DNA of 44,237 nt, taken from contig JAFQKV010000084.1 of assembly GCA_017414715.1 (NCBI GenBank), positions 1 through 44,237 on the forward strand, written 5' to 3'. Positions 27,929 through 38,284 of the stretch are shown in pieces (position 1 is the first letter of the stretch; each line of letters opens with the position of its first letter). The notes beneath the pieces are model-generated. The model saw only the letters and a program-made list of their open reading frames with translations. It was not told where the DNA came from and did no database searches. The stretch is from Clostridia bacterium. Its GTDB lineage: Bacteria; Bacillota; Clostridia; Oscillospirales; QAMX01. Made by a program: the position numbers and the translations under genes.

Positions 27929-29227
27929 TTATACATTCTCCTTCTGAGTCTTTTTCGTCCGGTAAAGGCCAATAAAAAGCGGGGTAAGCGCAAGTGCCGC
28001 GATCAGCGCCGCAAGGAAGATGTTCGCATTCGGCAAAAAGGACTTCGTTCCGTCGGAGTTGGTGATGTATTCCGCATCCCGCAATACCCACGCGCCGATC
28101 CACGGACCCACAAAGCCGGGAATCAGCACCTGGAAAACGATGCGCAGTCCCTGGAAGCGTCCCGCCATGCCCACCGGCGTGTGATCACGGATGACGGCAC
28201 CGAAGTCTGCCATGCCGGAAAGATATCCGCCCATCATGAGAAGCGAACCGATAAAAACCGGAAGCTTTGTTCGGAAAATAAAAAGCATGACGTACCCCGC
28301 AGCAAGCAGCAGTACGGAAGCGAGCGCCGAGAATCGGAATCCGCGCCGGTCATAGACCTTGCCCCAAAGGGCGGTAAAGACGGATGCCAGGATGACCGCC
28401 GGTGCCATGATAAGAACATAGTCCGCCATGCCGAGGCTCTTTTCATAATAGATGATGAGGTAAGGCATGAATATCTGAATAGAAATATTGAAAACGGAGA
28501 AGGCCGCAAGATATATATACAACCGTCGGTTTTCCCGCACAACGGATGGGCGGAAGCCATAGATGATGTTAAGAAAACAGCCGGTCTCCGAAGGTTGGAT
28601 ATGTGACTCGTCAATAAGAAAGAAACCGAAAGCACCCACAAGAATGACCACGCCGCCGATCACGGTAAAAACGATCTGCCACGCAGACTGCCTGCTGAGG
28701 TCTAAAAACATAAATCCGCCGAAAACAGCAAGAATCGCCACCAGTGGCATCATGGCATTGATCCCCTCCGCCGCGCCGCGGTTGGAAGCATCGGTGGAAT
28801 CGGTCAGCCATGCATTAAAGGCCGCGTCGTTTGCCGTGGAGCCAAAGAAAGTCATCACGCAGTCGAGAATAATGGTCAGCGTCACGCACAGGGCAGAGAC
28901 GGATGCCGCCATCGGGATGAGACCGCCGATAAAATCCGTCCGCAAAAGCGTAAAGGCAAAAATAGTGACACCCCAAAGGATATAACCTACACAGATAAAC
29001 ACCTTGCGCCGGCCAAGTCTGTCGGAGAGTGCGCCGACAAGAATGGTGGTCAGTGCCGCCGCCACAGAGGATGCCGCCACCATGGCGGAAATGTCTGCCG
29101 GAGTTGCCCGGAACATGTTGTAGATAAATACGTTGAAATACATATTCTCCACGACCCAGGCCACCTGCCCGATGAGGCTGAACAGAATCAGCGCAAGCCA
29201 GAAACGACCCGATAGTCTTGTTTTCAT
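27929..29227 (-). CDS. MFS transporter
   Basis: About 12 TM segments; motif A GALSDRLGRRK; start chosen after GGAGGG. Confidence 0.9.
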   Translation of the reverse strand: MKTRLSGRFWLALILFSLIGQVAWVVENMYFNVFIYNMFRATPADISAMVAASSVAAALTTILVGALSDRLGRRKVFICVGYILWGVTIFAFTLLRTDFIGGLIPMAASVSALCVTLTIILDCVMTFFGSTANDAAFNAWLTDSTDASNRGAAEGINAMMPLVAILAVFGGFMFLDLSRQSAWQIVFTVIGGVVILVGAFGFFLIDESHIQPSETGCFLNIIYGFRPSVVRENRRLYIYLAAFSVFNISIQIFMPYLIIYYEKSLGMADYVLIMAPAVILASVFTALWGKVYDRRGFRFSALASVLLLAAGYVMLFIFRTKLPVFIGSLLMMGGYLSGMADFGAVIRDHTPVGMAGRFQGLRIVFQVLIPGFVGPWIGAWVLRDAEYITNSDGTKSFLPNANIFLAALIAALALTPLFIGLYRTKKTQKENV

Positions 29228-29307
29228 GCTGCCCCTCCATTGACTTGTTCTTACTGTAAATGATACCATGTTTCCCTTCCTTTCGCAACGGATTTCCAGG
29301 GAAAACT

Positions 29308-29346
29308 CACGTCCCCGCCGGGACTTTTCATCCGGGCGGGGACGTG
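29308..29346. terminator. Hairpin, probable terminator after the M20 gene
   Basis: cacgtccccgcc/ggcggggacgtg 12-bp stem. Confidence 0.65.
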
Positions 29347-29358
29347 TATCTGTTTCAC

Positions 29359-30804
29359 TTACAGTTGTCTGTTCAGACGGATAAAGAATTCTACCGAACG
29401 CCAGAGGCACTCCAGCCGGATGCGCTCGTTGTTTCCGTGGATCGTGGCACGCTCCTCTGCCGTCAGATCCATCGCGGAGAACCGATAAACCTTGTCGGAA
29501 ATACGGCCGTAATGGCGGCTGTCGGAGCACTGTACCATGAGATAGGGGGAAACGATGCATCCCTTCCACGTTGCCGCAACCGCATTGGCTATACATCGAT
29601 AGCCCTCACAGTCGGTCACGGAAATACGGCTGGGATCCATACCGTCCACGGCAGAGACCTCCACATTCTCATCCCCAATGACGGAACGCAGGCGCTCCAG
29701 TGCGGATTCAACGGTATCGCAGGGATTGAGCCGGAGATTCGCCACCATCTCCGCCCTGGGCGGAATGACGTTTGCCGCCGATGAGCCCTGCATCTGGGTA
29801 AAGGCAACGGTGGTCCGCATCAGTGCATTGAGTTCACCGCCGCTCCTGCGGCAGATAAGATCAAGTATCGGCGCAAAAAGCCAGAGATTTGCAAATATCA
29901 TGCGGTAAACAAAGGAAGAATGGCGGCCCAGTGTATCAAAGAGTTTCTCCACAGGGGGCGTAACGTGGAAATCGAAGGGTTTTCTGAGTATATTCAGGCA
30001 GGCGCGGGACAGCCGGTCGATGGGTGCGCCGGGCTTGGGTGCAGAGGCATGCCCGCCGGCGGAATTGACAGTAAATTTCGCGTTGAGCATGCCTTTTTCC
30101 GCGATGCCAATAAGTCCGCAGGGTACAGAGACACCGGGAAAAACGTTATTGACTACGGCCCCGCCCTCGTCAAGCACCATGGCGGGAGTGATGCCCTGCT
30201 TTTCAAACCACTCGACAATACGCAGCGCGCCGTCGCCGTTGACCTCCTCACCGCCGGAGAAGGCAAAATAAACGTCCTGCTCCGGGCAAAAGCCCTCTGC
30301 AATGAGGTGATCCGCCGCAAAAAGGATACCGTTAACGGTCACCTTGGTGTCCAGCGTTCCGCGCCCCCAAAGCACATCATTCTCAAGAACGCCCTCAAAA
30401 GCAGGCTTCTCCCAGCTTTCTTCATTTACAGGAACAACATCGTAATGCGCCATGAGCACCGCGGGTGCATCGTGCGCCTTACCCTCCCACCGGATAAGGA
30501 TCGCCCGGTCGGGCAGCTTTCCGACGGCGCAGATCTTAAAAACATTGGGATAGAGCCGGGGCAGGATGCCGAGGAGCTTTTCAAACTCCGCATCGTCCTC
30601 CAAAGCCGGATCCCGGTAGGAAACCGTTTTGCAGCGCACAAGTGCCTGCAGGCATTTGACCGCGCGGTCGCGGTCAAATGCAACGGTTTCGTCTTCCGGC
30701 ATCTCCTGCTCCGCAGGAACGAACTGCAGCGTACGCCAAAGCAGCACAGCGGCCAGTGCCGCGAGAAGAACAAACAGGATCAAAAGAAGCCACCACATGA
30801 TCAA
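29359..30804 (-). CDS. M20 metallopeptidase/amidohydrolase with N-terminal membrane anchor
   Basis: LMAHYDVVP, WGRGTLDTK, GEE, LDEGG and IHGNNE motifs. Confidence 0.9.
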   Translation of the reverse strand: MIMWWLLLILFVLLAALAAVLLWRTLQFVPAEQEMPEDETVAFDRDRAVKCLQALVRCKTVSYRDPALEDDAEFEKLLGILPRLYPNVFKICAVGKLPDRAILIRWEGKAHDAPAVLMAHYDVVPVNEESWEKPAFEGVLENDVLWGRGTLDTKVTVNGILFAADHLIAEGFCPEQDVYFAFSGGEEVNGDGALRIVEWFEKQGITPAMVLDEGGAVVNNVFPGVSVPCGLIGIAEKGMLNAKFTVNSAGGHASAPKPGAPIDRLSRACLNILRKPFDFHVTPPVEKLFDTLGRHSSFVYRMIFANLWLFAPILDLICRRSGGELNALMRTTVAFTQMQGSSAANVIPPRAEMVANLRLNPCDTVESALERLRSVIGDENVEVSAVDGMDPSRISVTDCEGYRCIANAVAATWKGCIVSPYLMVQCSDSRHYGRISDKVYRFSAMDLTAEERATIHGNNERIRLECLWRSVEFFIRLNRQL

Positions 30805-31472
30805 AGCCAGCCTTTCTTATACATAATGCGTGCCACTGCCACAGTAAAGAGCACACCGACGGGAACCATGATTCCCACCGTACCCGCGTTGAGTGCCGGA
30901 ACAGCGATAAAGAGCGTCAGCATCAGCAGAATGGGCGCAACAGAAAGCTTTATGTTTTTGGAGATGAATACCACCGCAAGACCGCCGAAAAGGGCAGGCA
31001 GGATCATATCAAAAGCGGGCTTAAACACAGGAGATTCCAGCAGCGGCGTCAGAGGAACGATGCAAACGACGCCGAGCAGGATAATCAGTGTAGTCACGAT
31101 GCTGGAGGCTGCAATCGCTATGGTGGAAATGACCTCCCCCTCCTCGCTGGTTGCCTTGACCCCGGCACGCTCCATGGCATCAATGGCGCAGGGCAGCTTG
31201 AGGTTTGAAATATTACCCGTGACAAAGGAAAGGTAAGTCCCGCCGGCACCAAGCATGGGCACGTAAGTAAAAATTTCAATGATACCCACCGCCCAATACA
31301 TGGGAACGGTGGCAATCAGACCGCGGGCCAGCACGCCGAGATCGGGCGTGGTTTTGAAAAGCAGCATCACGACGGCCGGCACCAGAAGGATCAGTGTACC
31401 GACGATAATTCCCCAAATGCGTCCGTCCCGATGGACACTGTCCATATAGGAGAGATTTTTTGCGTTTTTCAT
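30801..31472 (-). CDS. Hypothetical membrane protein (DUF5058 partner)
   Basis: Multiple TM segments; GTYLSFVTGNISNLKLPCA motif. Confidence 0.8.
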   Translation of the reverse strand: MKNAKNLSYMDSVHRDGRIWGIIVGTLILLVPAVVMLLFKTTPDLGVLARGLIATVPMYWAVGIIEIFTYVPMLGAGGTYLSFVTGNISNLKLPCAIDAMERAGVKATSEEGEVISTIAIAASSIVTTLIILLGVVCIVPLTPLLESPVFKPAFDMILPALFGGLAVVFISKNIKLSVAPILLMLTLFIAVPALNAGTVGIMVPVGVLFTVAVARIMYKKGWL

Positions 31473-31487
31473 CTTTTTTCTCCTCCC

Positions 31488-32222
31488 TTATGCCAGCCAG
31501 GACGTCAGCGGGATCGCCGCAGCCATGCCGAGAATTAGGCTGAAGGGCAGCGCGTAATCCTCAAGCCAGCGCATTTTGAACTTTTTCGCCGAAAGGCCGC
31601 AGGCTGCCATCACAACGGCGGAAACCGCCATAACACACACGGGCACAAGTCCGGAGGTATCTCCCTTGAAGGCCAGACCCACATCGCAGAACACATAGCC
31701 AAGGAAAGCGGAGATCATACCAAGGAACATGGCGTTGTTAAAAATCTCGCCCCATTTCTTATCCTTCAGGCCTAGCTTCATCATGCCGCCCTGGATTTTC
31801 CTCGTCACAAAGGGCACCAGGATAAGACCTGCGGCGATACCGATGGTCATGACCCACAGTACAGTCACGAAGATAGAGGGATCGGTGATGGTCTCACCGG
31901 CGGAGAGCTTTGCCGCAGTCAGCGCATTCTGTGCGGCCACATTTTCATAGGTGATGGAACCGATAACCGAAAGCCGCAGCCAGGGAAGTGCAATACCCAA
32001 GCTCTTGGAGAGCACCACAACGCCCACAAGGATGGAGACCGCTGGTGCAACAGTAAAGACTGCGGCGGAGGAAATGGTTTTCCTGACCGTTTCTGCGGAA
32101 ACACCAAGCTCCTTTGCCCGCCGACAGGCCTTGCGCAGAAAATAAAATGACTGCGCCAGCACCACGGCGATGATGATCCCGACGATGACAAACAGGATCG
32201 GATGGTTTACGCTGAATTCCAT
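31488..32222 (-). CDS. DUF5058 family membrane protein
   Basis: QSFYFLRKA.RRAKELG and PWLRLSVIGS..YE motifs. Confidence 0.8.
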   Translation of the reverse strand: MEFSVNHPILFVIVGIIIAVVLAQSFYFLRKACRRAKELGVSAETVRKTISSAAVFTVAPAVSILVGVVVLSKSLGIALPWLRLSVIGSITYENVAAQNALTAAKLSAGETITDPSIFVTVLWVMTIGIAAGLILVPFVTRKIQGGMMKLGLKDKKWGEIFNNAMFLGMISAFLGYVFCDVGLAFKGDTSGLVPVCVMAVSAVVMAACGLSAKKFKMRWLEDYALPFSLILGMAAAIPLTSWLA

Positions 32223-32270
32223 AGGAATCCGCCTCCTACATTTTAAAAATAACGGATATATCCGCTTGAT

Positions 32271-33359
32271 TCACCGGCTAAAATTGGGAAGTATCCGATG
32301 CAGAGCACACCGCACCGCATCCTTTTCGCCTGCGGCATCCGCATCCACCGCCCGACGAAGAATTGCGAGGATCTCCGCTGACGCTTCTTTGGATATAGGC
32401 TCTTCATGCTCCACAAAGATAAGATTGTTTTCTGTCGCGGTCATACGCTCCCTGCAGACGAGCAGCTCTTCGTACAGCTTCTCTCCCGGCCGCAGGCCAA
32501 TCTCCCGGATCTCGATGTCCCGCCCCGGTTCAAGTCCCTCAAGACGGATCATGCGCTCCGCGATGTCATACATGCGCACCGGCTCTCCCATATCCAGCAC
32601 GAAGAGTTCTCCTCTGTGCGCCATTGCCCCAGCATCCAGCACAAGATTTGCCGCCTCGGATACCGTCATAAAATACCGCGTCATGCGCCGGTCCGTCACT
32701 GTGACTGGGCCGCCTTCGGCGATCTGCCGCCGAAAAAGAGGGATGACCGAACCGTTGGAACCAAAAACATTTCCAAATCGCACCGCGGAATAATCCGTCG
32801 CACCATCGCGGCGGCTGCAAAGGATCATCTCACAGATGCGCTTGGTGGCGCCCATCACATTGGTGGGGTTAACCGCCTTGTCGGTGGAAATGAGAACAAA
32901 TTTTTCTGTTCCGACTGTTTCCGCCGCGTCCGCCGTAATAACCGTTCCAAAAATGTTATTTTTAACGGCCTCCGCGGGGCTGTGTTCCATCAGGGGCACA
33001 TGTTTATGGGCAGCCGCGTGAAAAACCACTTCGGGCCGGTGGGCGGAAAAAACCTGACGGACACGCGTTTTATCCTGCACGGATCCGATCTCCACCGATA
33101 TATTCAGGGATGCTCCGTATTCCCGCTTCAGTTCCTGCTCAATCTCATAGGCATTGTTTTCATACGAATCCAAAATCACCAGTTCCTGCGGTGCACATTT
33201 CGCAATCTTTCTTGCGATCTCGCTTCCGATGGAACCTCCGCCGCCGGTGATAAGTACCCGCTTTCCGCAGTAAGCGGCGGAAGCTGCCGCGACAAGCGGT
33301 GCCCGTTGCTCTCGCAGGAGAAGCTTTGCGGAAAGCTTTTCCATATCGTTATACATCAT
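32271..33359 (-). CDS. CapD/PglF-type nucleotide-sugar 4,6-dehydratase, catalytic domain only
   Basis: TGGGGSIGSE, HAAAHKHVPLME, STDKAVNPTNVMGATK, RFGNV and RPGEKLYEEL; lacks the N-terminal TM region. Confidence 0.88.
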   Translation of the reverse strand: MMYNDMEKLSAKLLLREQRAPLVAAASAAYCGKRVLITGGGGSIGSEIARKIAKCAPQELVILDSYENNAYEIEQELKREYGASLNISVEIGSVQDKTRVRQVFSAHRPEVVFHAAAHKHVPLMEHSPAEAVKNNIFGTVITADAAETVGTEKFVLISTDKAVNPTNVMGATKRICEMILCSRRDGATDYSAVRFGNVFGSNGSVIPLFRRQIAEGGPVTVTDRRMTRYFMTVSEAANLVLDAGAMAHRGELFVLDMGEPVRMYDIAERMIRLEGLEPGRDIEIREIGLRPGEKLYEELLVCRERMTATENNLIFVEHEEPISKEASAEILAILRRAVDADAAGEKDAVRCALHRILPNFSR

Positions 33360-33508
33360 GGTCTCTCACTATCTTCCGCAAAGCATGCCGCTTTCTTCAA
33401 CATGCTTTCTTCGGCATTGAAGCGGTAAAAATGCAGTCCGTCAGCATCGATCACAACCCGTTCCGCCCCTCGGACGGCATCGCGCAAATCCGACAGAATG
33501 GTTCTCAT
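33356..33508 (-). pseudogene. 50-codon ORF, possible N-terminal stump of a hydrolase gene
   Basis: AAGGAG RBS; MRTILSDLRDAVRGAERVVIDADGLHFYRFNAEESMLKKAACFAEDSERP; stop overlaps the CapD-like ATG (ATGA). Confidence 0.45.
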
Positions 33509-33521
33509 GGTTTACTCCTTT

Positions 33522-34634
33522 TCAACGGGAAAACGGATCTTTTCCCTCAAATTCCGAAAGCTTGCATGCAACGCGGGCAAGATAACTGTCCGGGCTCTGA
33601 AGAACACCCGCGAGAATATCCTCCTCGGTAATTGATGCCAGCAGTATCTCCCTGGCGCAGGCCTTCGCCGCCTCCAAATCGGGCATAAAAGCTCCTCGTT
33701 CGCGGTCATAAACGATGTGGATGCGCCCATTTTCCGTGACCGCGGCATCGGGATAGGACACACTGTCCCGTCCATCCAGCAGAAGTCTGTAGGGGAAGGT
33801 CTTTCCGTCATCCTCGGAAAGCATGGCGGTCAGATTGTTGCGTCCCTTGAAATTGTAGTGGTTGATGAGCAGGATCCGTCCGCTCGAAAGCCTGCGGATA
33901 TGGAAACGGGAATCGGGTCCGCCAAGCCCCGTATCAAAATCCTGCCCCCAGGTGAGACCGCCGTCCGTCGAATCCGCCGCACCGATACCGTAGAAGGTAC
34001 GCACATAACAACGAAGTGTCCCGTTTGACAGTTCCAGAAACATGTGCTCATCAAAATGGCGATCCTTTACGTCTGCGCCGCCAAGCCGAACGAAGCTCTT
34101 GCCGCGATCCATGGTTCGCCAGGCGAAGGAACCTTTTTCCGGATCCGGATCGTCGAATTCCGACCCGAGCACACGGATGCCGTGATTCCACACGGCAATG
34201 GGAAAAAGCCACGCCCCGTCACGGCAAACGGTTGGCTTGTTCATCATTACGTTGTGGCCTACGAGGAAGGGTTCGGAGAAGGTCAACTGCTCCGCATCGG
34301 GCTCCTCGCAGATTACGGCATACAGACCGTCATCCGGACATTGTGCCCATGTAAACCAAAGGCGTCCCAAAGGATCGATCCACAGGCACGGGTCGTAGCT
34401 TCTGCCGCCGTCCACCACTGCCACCGCCGCCGGCGGATCGGAAAAGGTCTTTCCGCCGTCATCCGAAAACAGCAGGAACGAAAAATTACCGATCTGCTCC
34501 ATAAAACCGCCGGAGTAGGCAGACAGGAATATCCGTCCGCCCCGTGTGATCTCAATGCTCGGGATGCCCTGCCAAAGTCGGAGAGATGCGCGGTAGGCAG
34601 CAAGTTCCTCCGCGAAGGTAATGAGCCGTGACAT
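33522..34634 (-). CDS. Sialidase-like BNR/Asp-box beta-propeller hydrolase
   Basis: Asp-boxes SDDGGKTF, TMDRGKSF, STDGGLTW and SEDDGKTF; QGIP in place of FRIP; SYPD. Confidence 0.8.
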   Translation of the reverse strand: MSRLITFAEELAAYRASLRLWQGIPSIEITRGGRIFLSAYSGGFMEQIGNFSFLLFSDDGGKTFSDPPAAVAVVDGGRSYDPCLWIDPLGRLWFTWAQCPDDGLYAVICEEPDAEQLTFSEPFLVGHNVMMNKPTVCRDGAWLFPIAVWNHGIRVLGSEFDDPDPEKGSFAWRTMDRGKSFVRLGGADVKDRHFDEHMFLELSNGTLRCYVRTFYGIGAADSTDGGLTWGQDFDTGLGGPDSRFHIRRLSSGRILLINHYNFKGRNNLTAMLSEDDGKTFPYRLLLDGRDSVSYPDAAVTENGRIHIVYDRERGAFMPDLEAAKACAREILLASITEEDILAGVLQSPDSYLARVACKLSEFEGKDPFSR

Positions 34635-34635
34635 T

Positions 34636-35631
34636 TCAGAATTTCTCCAGTGCCATCGCAATACGCTCTGCAAGGGGAGCCTTGGTCTTTGGATGGATGT
34701 CGTCAGTCTCGCAGATATCTCTGGAGATGACAGTGATGACCTTTTCCTGCAGGGACTGGACATCGGTCTGTGCCTTTTGTATCAGGCGCCACCCATCATC
34801 CGTGCGGGGAATAAAATCTGCGATCTGCACAATAACAAAGGGAAGCGCCCTGTCTCGAAGATCCTCCCGCCAGATATCGATCATTTTGCTAAGCTCCGAG
34901 GCATAGACTTCTCCTTCTGCGACAGTGGTATCACTTTCTCCCTGATACCAGATAACGGCATTGAACTGGAAGGGAACGATCTGACGGAAGGCAAAGCTGT
35001 ACAGATATCCGTCCTCATTCCACTTCAAAAAGAGCGTCGCAAAATGGTCATGATGCTTCTGCTCCGGAGTCAGGCAAATGCCCATTTTTTCAAAAGTTCC
35101 CTCCGGAACCCAGCTTTCGATGCAACTCGCTCCCTGATAGCAGGCAACAAGACCTACTGCAACGCCCTTCTTACGGGCAATGAGATTTCCCAAAAGATAG
35201 CCGACAGCCGTCCAGTCGCCAATGCGGTCACCGTTTCTGATCCAGCCGTCCTCCGGCTTGACAGGCTCATTTGCCTCCAGCCGCTCCGGAGAATAAAAAC
35301 GGATATCCAGCGAAGGATCGGCCGCCATATCGGCGCTGTTGCTTTCCTTCAGTTTAAACTGCATATTGGACTGCCCGGCGATCAGATATACCTCGCCCAC
35401 CATGATATCTTCAAGCACCACAGTCTCTCCGCCGAGCTCAGCGCGCAGCTTATAGGGGCCGCCGTAAGGTCTCGGAGCAAACTCCACCTCCCAGCGATTG
35501 CCGACGGCACAGAAATGCATTTCCTCGCCGTCAAAGACAATCCTGCCGCAGCCCGTACCCTCGCCCCAGATGCGGATAGGTTTTCCGGCGGCAAAAACCA
35601 TATGTGAAGTGAAAATGCGATCCAGTTTCAT
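34636..35631 (-). CDS. Sialate O-acetylesterase (SASA/SGNH)
   Basis: GEVYLIAGQSNM, IWYQGESD and DIHP motifs. Confidence 0.88.
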   Translation of the reverse strand: MKLDRIFTSHMVFAAGKPIRIWGEGTGCGRIVFDGEEMHFCAVGNRWEVEFAPRPYGGPYKLRAELGGETVVLEDIMVGEVYLIAGQSNMQFKLKESNSADMAADPSLDIRFYSPERLEANEPVKPEDGWIRNGDRIGDWTAVGYLLGNLIARKKGVAVGLVACYQGASCIESWVPEGTFEKMGICLTPEQKHHDHFATLFLKWNEDGYLYSFAFRQIVPFQFNAVIWYQGESDTTVAEGEVYASELSKMIDIWREDLRDRALPFVIVQIADFIPRTDDGWRLIQKAQTDVQSLQEKVITVISRDICETDDIHPKTKAPLAERIAMALEKF

Positions 35632-35704
35632 ACTCAGATTCCTCCGGAAATTATCTTTCTGTAATTATACCACACAGGCTCATGCCTGCAAAGGATTTTT
35701 ACAT

Positions 35705-35739
35705 AAAAAGACTGCCGCAGAAGGCGATTTCTGCGGCAG
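35705..35739 (-). terminator. Intrinsic terminator after the GH2 gene
   Basis: ctgccgcagaa/ttctgcggcag stem with a T run on the minus strand. Confidence 0.8.
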
Positions 35740-35751
35740 CCGCTTGTACAT

Positions 35752-38163
35752 TCACCGAATATCCCAGACGCTGCGAAGGCGGATGGAGCCCGGTTCCCCC
35801 TCCAGGATCCGGACCGTCTTTTTGCCTGCATTCATATCAAAGTAATTGTCCGACAGGACAAAATCGCTGTCCGGCGAATCGATCTCCACATACTTTGCAA
35901 AGGCATCCGCATACACGGTGATCTCATCTCCACTGCACTCATAACGCAGGTGAGGATCCTCAAAGGCAAAGTGCTTGGGCACGGTAAAAAGCACCGTCCC
36001 TTCGGACACCGTCTCCCCGTCCTTGACAAAAGCAAAAGAGAGGTAATTGTGCTCCACGTCGGTCTTGTGGAAATCCATATTCTCAAGCCATACGGAGGAA
36101 AGGGCAGGAATTGTGATCTCCTCTTCCCCGCTCTCGATGCAGACCGCATCGGAGCGCCGAAGCTCCCAACGCACGGTGCCGCACACCGCCTCCATCGTCT
36201 CATTGGTAACGGAAAGGCGTGCCTCGGTGGAGTAGTCGTAGAAATCGGGCTGAAGAACAACAAAGGGACGGGTAGTTGTCTCGCCGATCTCCTCGCAGGA
36301 GATCATCACCGGCGCATAGAAACGCTTTGCCACATACTGCAGTGCCTTTCTGCGGCCAAAATAATCGATGCCGGACCAACTTGCCACCGGCCAAACATCA
36401 TTGAGCTGCCAGTAAAGTGCACCCATACAGCGGCCGCGATGGCGGCGCAGATGCTCAACGGCGTAGCGCATGGCCTCCGCCTGCAGAAGCTGTGAGGCAT
36501 ACAGTAGGGTACCGAACTCCGTGGGATAGAGGAAGGTGCGGGACAGATAGTTCAGGATCTTACCATTGGCACCCTTGCAGCGCTGGTGCATCTCAAAGAT
36601 GCGGTTAAAGATATTCCGATCCTCCGGCAGGGTAAAGGCCTCCACCGTCTTTTCACAGGGGAAGGACTCGAAGCCAAACTCGCTGAGATAGCGGAAGTAA
36701 TGGTTTCGATAGCCGGTAAACGGCTCGTTTCCGTGCCAGATATTCCAGTAATGATAGTCGCCGATATTCTCGTTGCGGATATCCACAAAGGAACCGCCGG
36801 AGGAGGGTGATGAAGGTACATACGGAATGTAGGGACATTCCTCGGCGTGGATGCGGGGGATGATCTGCTCAAAGAGACGCAGATAGGTACGCTTGCGCTC
36901 GTTTTTCTCCTCGCCGTCCCACCAGTATTCCACCGCATCCTCCATTTCGTTGTTGCCGGAGAGGATGCCGATGGATGCATGGTGCCGCAGGCGACGCAGA
37001 TTGTCCCGGATCTCCGCCGAGACATTTTCCAGGAAGTCCTCCCGGCTCGGAATACACTGGCAGGCGAACATCAGATCAAAGAAAACCACGATGCCCAGCT
37101 CATCGCAGGCATCAAAGAAGAAGTCATGGGGGTAGAAGCCACCGCCCCAGACACGGATTGCGTTGAAGTTTGAATCAGCACAGGTTTTAAGAAGCTTCCG
37201 CGTCCGCTCCTCCGTGATTCGGGTGAGAATACAGTCCTCGGGAATATAATCGGCACCCATGGCAAAGAAACGGACACCGTTGCAGGCATGGCAGAAGGAT
37301 TCTCCGTATTCGTCCTTTTCTCGAATGAGCTCCAGTGTCCGAAGACCGATGCGCACGGATTTTTCATCTACCCGCTGCCCATCCTCGTAAAGCTCTGCAG
37401 TAACAGTATACAGAGGCTGCCCGCCAAGACCGCGGGGCCACCAGAGGTCCGGCTCTGCGATCTCCGTCTCCACGCCCGCGGGGATCTCAAAGCGCCTTCC
37501 TGCAGGGTCGGTAACGGTAATGGCAACCGTCGCCGTACCCCGATGACAGCGAAGGGCAGGCGTGATAAAGACCCGTCCGTCGGCATGACGCTGTGTAACG
37601 TGGAGTTCCTCAATGCGGTCGGAATCCTCTGCAAGGAGGTAAATATCCTTCCAGATACCGGCATCGGGCAGACGTGGCCCCCAGTCCCAGCCCATCATGT
37701 AGCCAGCCTTGCGCAGATGGCCGTGGCCCTTGAGGGTATCGTCGTTTCCGGGTATGGGATAGGCCTTGTACATCTCGCGCACATAGCGGTTGGGGGATGC
37801 AAAGACAAGTCTCAATTCGTTTTCACCGGAGATGAGCATATCGGTAACATCAAACACAAACCGCCGGTGCATATTCTCCGTATGTGCAACGTGTTTTCCG
37901 TTGAGATATATATCGCAGAGGGTATCCAGCCCCTCACACACAAGGTACACCGGCACATCCGCCGCATCAAAGGTAAAGGTGCGGCAAAATTCAAAATCGT
38001 TTTCCATGATCGGCAGGATCTGCAGTTCGTTTGCCCGCCAGTAGGGATCCGGAATGAGTTCCTTTTCCAACAGGAAGGAGTAAACCGAGCCGGGAATCGT
38101 TCCCTCGCATGCATATCCGCCGCCGGTCATCTTCCAGGTGCCGTTCAATGCCATTTTCCGCAT
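35752..38163 (-). CDS. GH2 beta-mannosidase-like glycoside hydrolase
   Basis: GWDWGP, IRVWGGG, GNNE (acid/base), SEFG (nucleophile) and YWQLNDVWP motifs. Confidence 0.92.
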   Translation of the reverse strand: MRKMALNGTWKMTGGGYACEGTIPGSVYSFLLEKELIPDPYWRANELQILPIMENDFEFCRTFTFDAADVPVYLVCEGLDTLCDIYLNGKHVAHTENMHRRFVFDVTDMLISGENELRLVFASPNRYVREMYKAYPIPGNDDTLKGHGHLRKAGYMMGWDWGPRLPDAGIWKDIYLLAEDSDRIEELHVTQRHADGRVFITPALRCHRGTATVAITVTDPAGRRFEIPAGVETEIAEPDLWWPRGLGGQPLYTVTAELYEDGQRVDEKSVRIGLRTLELIREKDEYGESFCHACNGVRFFAMGADYIPEDCILTRITEERTRKLLKTCADSNFNAIRVWGGGFYPHDFFFDACDELGIVVFFDLMFACQCIPSREDFLENVSAEIRDNLRRLRHHASIGILSGNNEMEDAVEYWWDGEEKNERKRTYLRLFEQIIPRIHAEECPYIPYVPSSPSSGGSFVDIRNENIGDYHYWNIWHGNEPFTGYRNHYFRYLSEFGFESFPCEKTVEAFTLPEDRNIFNRIFEMHQRCKGANGKILNYLSRTFLYPTEFGTLLYASQLLQAEAMRYAVEHLRRHRGRCMGALYWQLNDVWPVASWSGIDYFGRRKALQYVAKRFYAPVMISCEEIGETTTRPFVVLQPDFYDYSTEARLSVTNETMEAVCGTVRWELRRSDAVCIESGEEEITIPALSSVWLENMDFHKTDVEHNYLSFAFVKDGETVSEGTVLFTVPKHFAFEDPHLRYECSGDEITVYADAFAKYVEIDSPDSDFVLSDNYFDMNAGKKTVRILEGEPGSIRLRSVWDIR

Positions 38164-38237
38164 ATTCATATACCTCCCTGCGTGTACCGTTTCGTTCATT
38201 TTATCACAGATTTCCCTCCGGAACAAGAAGCCACATT

Positions 38238-38276
38238 AAAAAGAATCCGGAACGGTCTTTTTCCGTCCCGGATTCT
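38238..38276 (-). terminator. Terminator after the RACo gene
   Basis: agaatccgg.acgg/ccgt.ccggattct stem with a T run on the minus strand. Confidence 0.75.
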
Positions 38277-38284
38277 GTTAGGCT

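Noticed and set aside
14884-28606. Other long antisense or overlapping ORFs (14884-16392 minus, 17147-18805 plus, 26759-28606 plus)
   Set aside because: They lie opposite well-supported genes and are typical stop-poor shadows in GC-rich DNA.
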